Shown here: positions 52,181 through 64,000 of the stretch, in pieces
How the letters are laid out: every line of letters starts with the position of its first letter
Numbering within the stretch: the first letter of the stretch is position 1
Assembly (NCBI RefSeq): GCF_006345805.1
Contig: NC_042998.1
Span: 70,184,001-70,248,000 of the forward strand
Source: Octopus sinensis
Lineage: Eukaryota
Direction: 5' to 3'
Length of the DNA: 64,000 bases
Notes under the pieces: model-generated
What the model was told of the DNA's origin: nothing
Databases searched by the model: none
What the model saw: only the letters and a program-made list of their open reading frames with translations
Program-made: the position numbers and the translations under genes

Positions 52181-52720
52181 CAGTGGTTCTCAACCAGAGT
52201 CCATATGGCCCCTGAGGGTTCACACAACAAAGTAGTATACTGGGGATCATCATCATCATTATCATCGTTTAACGTCCGCTTTCCATGCTAGCATGGGTTG
52301 GACGATTTGACTGAGGACTGGCAAACCAGATGGCTGCACCAGGCTCCAATCTGATCTGGCAGAGTTTCTACAGCTGGATCAGATTGGAGCTTGGTGCAGG
52401 CATCTGGTTTGCTAGACCTCAGTCAAATCGTCCAACCCATGCTAGCATGGAAAGCGGACGTTAAACGATGATGGATCCACAATAGTATTTTAAGGGCCCC
52501 TGCAAAAATTTTGTTTTAGATGTATGTACTAGTGTTTATTGCAAGAAATAGTGACGTTTCTTTCTCTAACATTTTAGTGAATGTGTGAAAAACAAAATAG
52601 GAATTTTGAAAGGAGTTTCCATAAAACTATTTTTTAAACATTGAATGACTATGGGGGTCCACCATAGTAAAATAGTACTCAAAGGGGTCCATAGATAAAA
52701 AAAATGGTAGAGAACCCCTG
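52181..52720. mobile_element. hAT-type MITE carrying a nested fold-back insertion
   Basis: TIRs CAGTGGTTCTCAACC / GGTAGAGAACCCCTG. 8-bp TSD ATCTAGTA / ATGTAGTA (one mismatch). Confidence 0.85.
52261..52472. repeat. Fold-back of an RTE 3' end: two ~96-bp inverted arms with a 20-nt loop
   Basis: 52261-52356 versus 52377-52472, four mismatches by eye. (GAT)n tails point outward on both sides. Confidence 0.92.
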
Positions 52721-53520
52721 ATGTAGTATCTCATCAGATAAAATTCGTCCATACATTCTTTGATGACCCACATCTATACTTTGTAAATCTCTGGAACAGT
52801 TGGTAGACTGTTGAATTGTTCTGGACCCTTGAAACCCAAGCTATTACAGTACTAGGTCTATAGTCACCAGTACTTTTAGAGGGGTACAAACATCTTAACT
52901 TTATGGTCCTCATTGTTTTGAAGAATATAATGGAATATCTAATATTCTGGGTAAGTGGCCTGGAGTAGTGTAGCTCACGTAGCATCTGAGAATTGACCTG
53001 GTCCGGCTATGTGAAAACAGGGTTTTCTTTGAGAAGTCACCACTGTAAGAAAAGTCATTCTATCAGAGAACTTGCCCAGTAAATATATGAAGCAGAGTGA
53101 TATGTATCTTGTTTAAGATGTCATTGATTGTGATAGTCTTTTAAGTGAACTCTTGACCTTAAGAAACCAGGCCTAATATATGTAATTATATAATTGCTAA
53201 TGATACATCCAGCTACATACTCTATAATAGAGACAGCATTTCTTTAATGATGATAAATAATAATAATGATGATGATGATGATGAAGATAATAAATAATGG
53301 TTAATGATGAAGGTGTTGGTGGTTCATAGTGCTGAGTTTGGATGACACCCACTGACCTTTCTGTTGCTAAACTGAGGTCACAGACTAACACACATTATCA
53401 TTATATGTCATAGGAATTACATTCATAGCTACACATGTATGGCTGAAAGTTGGAGGAGGTGGTCAGGAGAATTATGAAAAACTGATAGTCTGTGAATATG
53501 TCTATGTGTGTATGTGTACA

Positions 53521-53560
<40 letters not shown>

Positions 53561-53924
53561 CATACATACACACACTTGTACACAATATTGCGCTGAAATT
53601 ATTCTTCTGTAAACTGAAGTCTATCCTTATTGTCTTGTCTTCCTTTCCCAATGAGGTAGTGGGGTAAGTAAGAATGGTGACTGTGTAATTTCTCTTCTTA
53701 TCAGAATAGTTAGCAACATTAAGAAAGTAATTCTGATATTGTGAGTTTGTAGCGAAGAAGAAGAGTCTGCAAAATGAAACTCTAATGATTGCCATTGACT
53801 TTGATTGTTTGATTAGGATGGATGACCTGACCTATATAAATTTGTACTTCACTCTGTGATTGATGGCTGACAGTTCTGGCTCTGGTTTGTTTCTGTAGCT
53901 TTGTCCTGCTCCCATCTACCACAT

Positions 53925-54670
53925 CTACCCACTTTTTCTATTTATCTAGTCAACATCTTCACATAATCTGCTTATTCAGTAAACACCAACTCACGGTCTA
54001 GCTATCTGTCCGCTCTGGCATCTGCACACTGTGTTTATCTAACTATCTAGTCAATGACTACACGCTGTGTCTGCCCAACTTTCCTGTCAACATCTACAGT
54101 GTCCATCTTTCTGGTCAAAATCAAACTACTGTCACTATCTATACACTCAACATCATATATGATGTCTATACTATCAGCATCTACACACTGTCTCTCTAAC
54201 CAGCCAACATCTACACTCTTTATCTAACTATCCAGTCGACATCTTCATATTGTATCACTTTAGTCAATGCCTACATACTGTCACTGTCTTTCTCGTTGAC
54301 ATCTACACACTGTCAATATCTTTGATGTCAACATCTGCACACTGTTTATCTAAATTGTTGGCAGCCAAACATATATCTATCTTATCTACATACTGTTTCT
54401 GTCTTTATAGACAACATCTATACACTGAGTCCATCTAACCAGTCTACCATCAAGATGCTGTGTCTATATATTCAGTCAACATCTATACATTATGCCTCTT
54501 TTTCCAGCCAATATGAATACACTGTGCCTGTATATCTTATATAGTCATATCTACACATTGTGTCTTATCTATATAGTCCACATATACACCCTGTTTTTCT
54601 ATCCCTTCAGTATCATCAACACATTGTACCTATATATCTGTATAGTCAATATCTACACATTGAGCCTTAT
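53925..54670 (+). repeat. Second block of the GTCAACATCTACACACTG minisatellite (resumes at 55472-55545)
   Basis: Same unit and orientation as 14370-16000. Confidence 0.8.
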
Positions 54671-54701
54671 ATCTATATATATATATCATCATCATGATAT
54701 A

Positions 54702-54733
<32 letters not shown>

Positions 54734-54821
54734 GGCTGTGATCGTCTAGTGGTTAGGACCCTACGTTGTGATGATGTATATGTATATATATATATTGATG
54801 TATGTATATATATATAGACAC

Positions 54822-54871
<50 letters not shown>

Positions 54872-54963
54872 TATAGATATATGTATATATATATATTGAT
54901 ATATATGTATACGTATGTATATATGTGTATATATATGTATATATATGTATATATATTTATGTA

Positions 54964-55287
54964 TCACCAGCTTCGCCTTACTGGCAAGTGAAAAAACATT
55001 CGGGCGAGGTTGTTGCCAGTGCCGCTGGACTGACTCCTGTGCAGGTGGCACATAAAAGGCAACATTTGTGCATGGCTATTGCCAGTACCACCTGACTGGC
55101 CCTCGTGCCAGTGGCACATAAAAGCACCCACTACACTCTCGGAGTGTTTGGCATTAGGAAGGGCATCCAGCTGTAGAAACTCTGCCAGATCAGACTGGAG
55201 CCTGGTGCAGCCATCTGGTTCGCCAGTCCTCTGTCAAATCGTCCAACCCATACTAGCATGGAAAGCAAATGTTAAACGATGATGATG

Positions 55288-55293
<6 letters not shown>
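54964..55293 (+). mobile_element. RTE 3'-end element
   Basis: GGCACATAAAAGCACCCACTACACTCTCGGAG...GCATGGAAAGCAAATGTTAAACGATGATGATG. Further fragments at ~18190-18340, 19660-19840, 51100-51280 and 62310-62520. Confidence 0.8.
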
Positions 55294-55350
<57 letters not shown>

Positions 55351-55435
55351 GTATGTATATATGTATGTATATATGTATATATGTATGTATGTATATATGT
55401 ATGTATGTATATATGTATGTATGTATGTATATATG

Positions 55436-55467
<32 letters not shown>

Positions 55468-56240
55468 TATATAGTCAACATCTACACATTGCACCTTATA
55501 TATCTATACAGTCAACATCTATACATTGTGTCTACCTACAACCAGTATCTTATTGGAGATAGACACATGTCCGTCCAGTCGACTCTCTGTAACCATTGAC
55601 TACTATATCTATAGTGAACCAACTCTGACCAGTCTGCCTGTTGATGGCACTAATACATTATTGATTTCTCTCATAGAAACAGGAGAGAAATTACTGAGTT
55701 GGCACTGAATTGTTTCGTTTTATATACATTCTCACAGGACACACATACACACACACACACACATGTATACTTATATATGTTATATTTACGCTGTTATACA
55801 TTATTTGTCAAATACACACAGTTACACACATATGTATGAATGTGGCATGTGTGTGTGCATATATATATATGTATGTATGTATGTATTCCGAATTTGTGTA
55901 AATGTGTGGAGAATAATATATCACTCGAATAAAGTTAGATCTGGTTTTCACAATTTTTTATTCTGGTATTTTAAAATATTTTAAAATACCATAATAAAAA
56001 ATAATGAAAACCAGACCATGTTTCAACTTTATTCAACTTGATATATGCATATATGTATGGCTGCGTATATACCCATATATTCATATGGGTATACATTTAT
56101 GTTATCATCATTTAATGTCTGCCTTCCAACATATGTTTGTATATGTGTATGTATATATATGTTTGTGTGTGTGTAAACACACACATGCACATACACACAA
56201 GCACATATTGCTGTGTCTTGGGAGGGTCATTACAATAATG

Positions 56241-56277
<37 letters not shown>

Positions 56278-56574
56278 TTTCATCGATAAACTGACAAGGA
56301 ACCAGGTGTTGAAATCCAAGATTCCCTGTAGCCTTAACAACAACAACAGCAGCAGCAGCAACAGAAAGCTTTAATTAATTGCCCCACCCCCATCAGTCAT
56401 TGTCTGGTCACAGATGACTTAATGTCAGGTGTGAAACTAATCACCACCGCCACCACCACCACTACCACCACATCAACAGTGGTTAGTTACACAGGTGAGA
56501 AACACATAGTAACACATTGTTGACATAGCTGAGCACTGGGTCAGCTGATACAGCACAAGACAGTAGCCTCTCAA

Positions 56575-56607
56575 TGCTACTGCTGCTGCTACTGCTGCTC
56601 TTGCTTT

Positions 56608-56651
<44 letters not shown>

Positions 56652-56710
56652 GCTACTACTACTACTAACTACTACTACTACCACCACCACCACCACCACC
56701 ACCACCACCA
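56575..56710. repeat. (CTG/CTA)n-(CCA)n compound trinucleotide repeat
   Basis: Seen directly. Confidence 0.9.
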
Positions 56711-57187
56711 CTCATCGCTGTCATCTCTACTACCCTTTCTCTTTTTCACTGTCTTACTCTTTGTAAATATATACACACACGTACACACTCTCATATGTAT
56801 ATGTGTTTATATATATATATATATATATAATATATATATATATATACACACACACACATGCGCGCACACACACATACACAATCTGCTTTTGTGCTTCTGT
56901 ACTTCCTGTTGTGTTGCACCACATAGCATCGTATACCACACCATCCCTGACATACCACAGCTATATGTTTTTGCCATTATGCGAGGGTGAGAGCAAGGGT
57001 GAGGGAGTAGTTTGAGGGAGATTTAGCTGTTAATTCTTGAAGATGAACCAACTGTGTATCAGCAGGAATACATATACATGATGGCTTTTAATGACACACA
57101 GTTCCAGTCTTACAATGCACCATTCTAGCTATTGTCAACAAATTTTTGGCTCCTTTTCCTCGATTTCCATTTTATGTATGCAGACTC

Positions 57188-57342
57188 AGACATGACTGTG
57201 TGGTAAGAAGTCTGTTTCCCAATTACTTGGTTTTAGGTTCAGTCTCACCATGTGGCACTTTGGACAAGGGTCTTCTACTATAGCCCAAGCCAACCAAAGC
57301 CTTGTGAGTAGATTTGGTTGATGGGAACTGAAAGAAGCCTAT
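57188..57342 (+). mobile_element. SINE-A 5' half, diverged
   Basis: TGTGTGGTAAGAAG...AAAGCCTTGTGAGTAGATTTGG...AACTGAAAGAAGCC followed by (TA)n. Confidence 0.75.
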
Positions 57343-57837
57343 CATATATATATATATATATTATATATATATATATATATTTATTTATTTATTTATTACC
57401 AGGCTAATGAATGCTGCCATTTGTGTGTCACATGGTTAGCTGGAGGCGATGGCCTCTTGGAGCTAATTAATGGTAGAATTCGGCCTATTTCTCTGAACTG
57501 CCATTTTAGCTTGGCAAAGTACTGCTGCCATATCTCTCTGTTAGAGAGATTTAGAAATAATAATAATAATTATAATAATAATAATAATAATATATTTGTG
57601 CAAGGAAAAGTAAACATTAAAACGATGATGATGATGAATGGTTGTCATCTGCAATAAAAACAAGAAATATTACCTTTATAGTGTCTCTGTGATCTTCTGA
57701 TCTGGTAAATATCAGGAAGGCTATATTTTGCTGTGGAGGTCTTGTAGCACTGAAACATTAGTGGAGTTGTAACTCTTGTTACCACCGATAAGCCTTACCC
57801 AGCAATAAGATCCTCCATTTAAATTTTCACACATTCA

Positions 57838-57933
57838 CTAAAATGTTAGAGAAAGAAACCTCACTATTTCTTGCAATAAACATCAGTACATACATCTAAA
57901 ACAAAATTTTTGCAAGGGCCCTTAAAATACTAT
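57838..57933. mobile_element. Internal fragment of the hAT MITE family
   Basis: Close reverse complement of ~52482-52580. Confidence 0.7.
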
Positions 57934-60249
57934 TTGTCTTTGACATGAAGTATCATTAATGCTTTTGATATTATTTTTTTTTATTATGAAAACAATTTTA
58001 ATTAATTAAAATTTGTGTGTGTGTGTATGAGAGAGAGGGGGGAGGTTTGTAGCTTTAAATTTGTTAGTCTTCCTCTTGTGTTTATGTTTCTGGTTGTTGG
58101 GTCAATGTTGTATGGAACAACAACACTTCTAATGCTTATGCCATTCCAAATGGACTGTCGCATTCACCACTACCAAATATACATACAAGTTCACACAGAT
58201 GATATTATGGTACTTGTCACCATTACTTTTCACATACAGTTATACATCAACATTGAACACCTAAAAATTTAAAGAGATTAAAATTTGAGCTTACTAGTTC
58301 TACCGTTTCTCTTTCAGTCAATGAAGAGGATTATGGGTTTGCTTGACCTCTGAGACATAGCAACCAAATTCTCCACAAGCTGCACTATACCATTTTAAAA
58401 TTTGAACAATATACCGTATGTATTCCTTAATAAAATGTACGGAAATAAGATGGATTGGTCAAAGCTGGAATGTCTTTAATCATAGGTCTGCTTGATCAGA
58501 ATTTTACTTGTGGGAAGGGCCCAAATGACAACAATCACTTTTTCTTATAAGTGTCAGTGCAGAATATCAAATTCAACCAGCCGTCATTCACTCTTAGACA
58601 CAGAAGACAGTCCAATCTGGGCCCCGAATTTCTACACAACTATAAATATACCAGACATACACACACACAGATTATACATTAGCCTGGACTGCCAATCTCT
58701 GCACAACAATATACATATCATCATCATCTAGCTGGAAGACTGCATTGAGTTCTATTGTCAGCTTTGGCATAGTTTCTATGGTTAGTTGCCCTTCTCAATG
58801 CCAGCCTCTTTGCAGTGTGTACTGAATGCTTTTTTTTGTTTTTTTTTGTACCACTAGAACAGAGAAAATGGTCCTGCTTGTGTCCTCTTCCCCAATTCAC
58901 ACACTACAAAATACACTTTAACACACCTCACTGTAACATCATACACTCTGCTATACTATACAACATCACATAATGTAGCAATAGGTAAATATGAATTGGT
59001 AGTTAGAGGAGAAAACGTAATGGAGAAGAGATGGAGTATTTATAGAGAGACAAAACAAAAGGAAGTAGACAGACAGACAGACAAGCAGACAGACTGACGT
59101 AAACACACAGAAAATTGCCCTCTGTCAGTTATGACAATGAGGGTTCCAGTTGACCCAATGAACAAAACAGCCTGCTCATGAAATTATTGTACAAATGGAT
59201 GAGCAATCTACAGACAGGAGATTCTCAGGGAGATTGAGTGTATCACAGAGTGTGACAAGGCTGGCTCCTTTGAATTACAGGTAAAACTTATTTTTGCCTG
59301 CTGAGCAGACTGGGGCAGTGTGAAATAAAGTGCTTTGTTCAATGACACAACACATCATCAGGAATTGAACTCATGGCCTTATGATTATGAGCTGAATTCC
59401 CTAATCACTAAGCCATGCACCTTCACACATGGGTACATGCATTGATGAAGACACACATTGATGGAGACAGACAGACAGATAAACTGACAAATAACAGCAG
59501 TATTTAATCAGAATGGTAACTATCATTAAAGGGAAGGCTGGGGAGACAGGGTAGCTAGATTGAAACACTGGGGTGGAGAGTGTAAAATGATGATGTTGGA
59601 GAATGAGGGGAGATATTCAAGAGTGAGACAGCCGGGCAAACAGACTGCAGGGGTGGGATGGAAGTGAATAGGATGGTGGCAAGGAGTAGGGAGAAAAGAC
59701 TGGGGTGGGGTTATGTGGAAAAGGTATGGAAATCTATCACCTGTCCTTCATTTGACCTTAGCTGTCTAAGTAGGAAGTGGTAGTGGTGAAGGTGTTAAAA
59801 CAATTGACAACCCACCCTCAACTATCATCCCCACCTCATAATGTCACCACCACCACCATGACACATGCTATAAATTAAAGATGGAAGGATGAAAGAAGAG
59901 CATTATTGAGGAGGTGTTGATCTGTGGCGGCAGTGGTGGAGTTAGCTTAAGAATAGAGGGGTGGCGACAGTGTGAAGCAGAAGAGGATTGATATTTATTC
60001 TTTAGATAACTAAAGATGATAAATCATCTTTAGATAACTAAAGATGATATCACAAGATGATAAAAACCTCAGCATTGTCACCTAGCCTGTAAGAAATAGC
60101 AGCCAAATCTTACCTAAAATTACACTTTAGCATCTTCAAAAAGTAGGATGTATCCTAGATATACCAAAAGAGGCCTTTGATGACAGGTCTGTTCAATCAG
60201 AGCCAGACTGGGGTTACATAATGACAACAATACTATGTTTTTTACGAGT

Positions 60250-60425
60250 CTAGGACATTTATTCTACATGGACAATAACCCCACCAAAGACAATTACCCT
60301 TGAGGACAACAAATTATGATTTAAAATTTCTTAATATTGGAGAGGGGAGGTAATTAATCAGGGGGTGGGGTAGTTGTCATCGGGGGTGGGGGCGGAATTG
60401 TCCTATGGGTGGTAAATGTCCTGAT
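60250..60425. mobile_element. MITE-like element with inverted subterminal GGACAAT..CCC repeats
   Basis: AGGACATTT...GGACAATAACCCC...GACAATTACCC on the left. GGGGTAGTTGTC...GGAATTGTCC...AAATGTCCT on the right. Confidence 0.5.
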
Positions 60426-61041
60426 ACAGTTTTTACAGATTTCTCTCCGAATGTTTGTACTTGTAGAAACAGAGTACTGTTAGGCAAGGTCTTATACATA
60501 TCATTTGTTTACTAGAAAGAGTAGACAATTCTCCCTGAAATCTTATTCTCCAATCTTAAAAAAAAAGAAAAAGCAACTAAAAAAAAACAAGCATATTAGA
60601 TAATCATGTCGTAGATAATCTATGCCTGAATATAAAGATAGGATTGTCACAGCTGGAAGGTCTTTGATCTTAGGTCTACTGGGTTTGGGCTTGCAGATAA
60701 GAAAGATGAAATGTAATAAATATGACAGAAAAAGAGAGAACAAGAAGAAAGAAGCCAACCAAAAAACACAGAAATACACCTACACACAAGAGATGGTTTA
60801 TTATATCTGTTATAAATATAATATAAAAGTAGGTCTGATTATTTTCCAGTATTTTCAGCACCAGAAATAACCCGTGCATGATTAAGTTTGAGATTAAATG
60901 CTGGAAAGAAAAAAGTTGAGAAAATTGTTAGTTACTCTCAAAGAAAACAAAAGATAATTTCAAGAGATTAAAAATAAATTTCTTATTAATTTACATACAG
61001 AGAGTAAAGACAGTCTGATCTTTGTTGCGGGCAAGGGTCAA

Positions 61042-61086
61042 CTACGGACATAGGTTTTGGTCAATTAGACCTCGTCAGTACTGTAG
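61042..61086 (-). ncRNA. Degenerate hammerhead ribozyme motif (Penelope-type)
   Basis: Minus strand reads CTGACGA-GGTC-TAATT-GACC-AAAAC-CTAT-GTC. The catalytic G12 appears mutated (GAAAC to AAAAC) and stem I is poor. Confidence 0.45.
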
Positions 61087-62904
61087 AGTCACAACATACT
61101 TGCAGATTAGAAAATTACATTTTTAATTTAGGAACAAGGTTTTGCTATATTTTTTTGTCAGTGCTAACTTGCATACTTAAAAGTAGTGTGAGCTAAGGAA
61201 AATAAGTCAAGAGGAAGGGTCAGTAAGACTGGACCTGAAATTATATGGTTGATAAGCGAACTTCTTAACAAACCAATTGTAGACGTTATCCTTCAGTTGG
61301 AGTATGTGTTGCTATGAGTGGATGGTCTCCTGTAGTATTGCATTTTGTCAATTAGGACTGAGCCTTGATTAACTCCTGCTTTCATGCTAAATTCATTGCT
61401 GAGTTCATCATTGACTTTCATTTTACCTATTGTACCTTTGTACATAACTTTTAACAACTTTCACAAGCCATTCATTTCCATCTACTTTCCTTAGTAACCA
61501 CCATATTATGGAGCATGGCATCCTTCAAAGCCTTCTTCAATGTATGTCTGTAGTCTAGTGTTTCATTATAGCTAGGATCCACAAAAAAGTACTTTATCAA
61601 GTGAGAGATAAATATCATTTATTATACACAATTTAATAAAGAGTTACTAATTGTTTCATGCTCTAGAGATACAATAGTTTGTCAGATTATATAAGATGCC
61701 ACATGGCTCCAAGTAATTTACAGGCTTAGTGCATGCCGTTAGACCTCTTTGAAAACCAGGACACTGGCCTATGTGAAAAAAACAGGAAGAAAAATGCAAA
61801 AAAGGTTGATGCAAAGGCAATTTTAAAGGCTGGTATGCAAACCACCAGTCTTCTTTCTGATACATTGATAAAAATAAAGCCACTAAGATCTCAAGACCAA
61901 CTGCACACCACATACAATCAAATGAAGAATTATAGAGAGGTGTATGCCATATGTAAGTGGATCAAAAAGATGTAAGTTATGTGTAGCTGGAAGATTGTAC
62001 ATTCTTTTTAGTTCCAACAATTCCACCACACTGTAATTCCAGATCTGAAATTATTTGCAAATGCAAGCACATAGACAAATTTCTTCATTGACCAACATCC
62101 TGGTTTTCAAATAGGTCTAATGATATGCAATGAGCCTGAAAGATTGCTTGGAGACACAGGCATGTTATATAAATCAGCCACATTTTTCTTGTATCTCAAC
62201 ATCATGAAACTATTAGTCACTCCTTTTTAAATTGTGTATATATGCATGTGTCTGTGTGTATGTATGTGTGTAAGTGTGTGTGTGTACACACACATACATA
62301 AACATACTTATCATCTTCATCAGCATTTAGCATTCGTATTCCATGCTGGTATGAGTTAGGCATGACAAGATCCAACACTTCGAGGAATCACATTGAGCTC
62401 CAGTGTCTGTTCTGGTAACATTTCTGTAGCTGGATGCCCTTTCTAACCCCAATCATTTACAGCATGTACTGGGTACTTTTTATGTAACACTAGTATGACT
62501 GAGGTCATCAAGTAGCTTGCAAGACACACAATCTCAAAAATAAGTGCTTGTCCAACCTTTGCCAGCAGAGAAAAACAAACATGTATGTTCAAACCAATAC
62601 ATATATATATATATACACGCATTCTGTCCTAGCTGGCAGGCATGTGTGTATGTATTGTTATATTTGTTCAGTTCCAACGCAAACTTGACTAAGCAGGTCT
62701 CTGATCAAAGACTTTTCAGCTATGGCCACCCTGTCTTATAAGGTATAAGTTGGACTACATCATCTAATGTATCTGTCATTCTCTTGAGACTGTGTGGTGT
62801 GGTTTAAAGGAAGAAATTTGGCAGCTATTTCTAGCAGGTCTAGTAACCATGCAAAGACTCCTTGTGTAGGTGTTTAGGGGCAGAGTGGGATGAGGGTAGG
62901 GGCA

Positions 62905-62937
<33 letters not shown>

Positions 62938-63411
62938 GGGGGAGAGAGAGTGTGTTGGGAGGTAAAAATAGGGATTAGATGTGGGTGGGTAGGTGGAAAA
63001 TTGGTGTCACTATGGACAGTACTTAACTTGAAAATCTGCCTTCAGGTGTTTTATGCAGGGGATCAGGTAAATTACAGGTAAACTGTATAGCTGGCTCTGT
63101 CTCCATGGATACGACCTACAGGTATACACACATTTACATATATATGTATGCATGTAGGTACAAACACACACATGCTTACACACACACACATATGTGGACA
63201 AACACACACACACACCTGTCCGTTGTAATGCATGTTAATAACTACCTACAAAGAAAGACAAGAGAAGGGAGTGTATATACTGCTTTATTATCTTTTGACT
63301 GTTGCTGTTCACTCTCTAGATGTCTATGTGTCTTGGTCACTCTGTTATTGGATCTATGTGATCTCTCTCTCTCTCTCCATCCCTTTCTCTTGCTCTATCT
63401 CTCATTCTCCT

Positions 63412-63457
<46 letters not shown>

Positions 63458-64000
63458 GCCCCTATAATGTTGAATATATCTTGAACGTCTCACTGACTTA
63501 CTGTCACTCTCTTCATTTTCTCACTTTGTGTCTATGAAGCTATGCCTTTACATGTGTGAGTATGTATGTATGTGTATGTATGTATATATGTATGCCTATA
63601 TTTGTTTATCTATCTTCCAATCTGTCTGTATCTCTTTCTTCCTTCCTTTTCTTTATTCATTATATGTTTTGGATGTAAACTGTTAATTCATACCTGATAA
63701 CCCACTGACCGCTTCTGTCTGTTTGTCTGTGTATGAGTGTGTGTGTGTGTGTGACCTGTGTGTGTGTGTGTATACATACATGGCACTCTGTATGTGTGTC
63801 TGCACGTGCACACATGCACATAATAAAACATGTATAGTTACATCTATTTGGTATTATCAAGAACATCAAATTTCAGAAAAATCCTTTCGTTGATGCATCC
63901 TGTGCTGTTATCGCACACGTATATTTAGATGCTTATTTATATATATATATATATGTATGTATATGTGTGTTAATTCTCACCTGACTGTCTCTAAACATAC

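Noticed and set aside
61733-61975. 80-aa Lys-rich ORF
   Set aside because: No recognisable domain or splice context, and the length is within chance expectation.

Overview
AT-rich, microsatellite-saturated eukaryotic DNA, intronic or intergenic. The repeat families and composition look like an octopus/coleoid cephalopod genome (inferred from memory, no search run). I can identify no intact protein-coding gene, and almost all ORFs in the supplied track are translations of (AT)n/(GT)n/(GAT)n repeats or SINEs. The window holds several tRNA-derived SINE families, decayed LINE fragments (CR1/L2-like RT, RTE, Tx1/L1-like), a DD37D Tc1/mariner relic, hAT-, mariner- and piggyBac-type MITEs with visible target-site duplications (TSDs), Helentron-like elements, and Penelope-type relics with hammerhead-ribozyme cores. 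The most unusual structures are: (1) an 11-copy, ~196-bp tandem array of a SINE 5' half sharing one tail and lying inside a LINE 3' end (9922-12288); (2) a near-perfect ~210-bp fold-back RTE element nested in a hAT MITE (52261-52472); (3) hammerhead motifs at ~32989 and ~61078; (4) several long hairpins; (5) a few candidate exons, including a 24-nt micro-exon.
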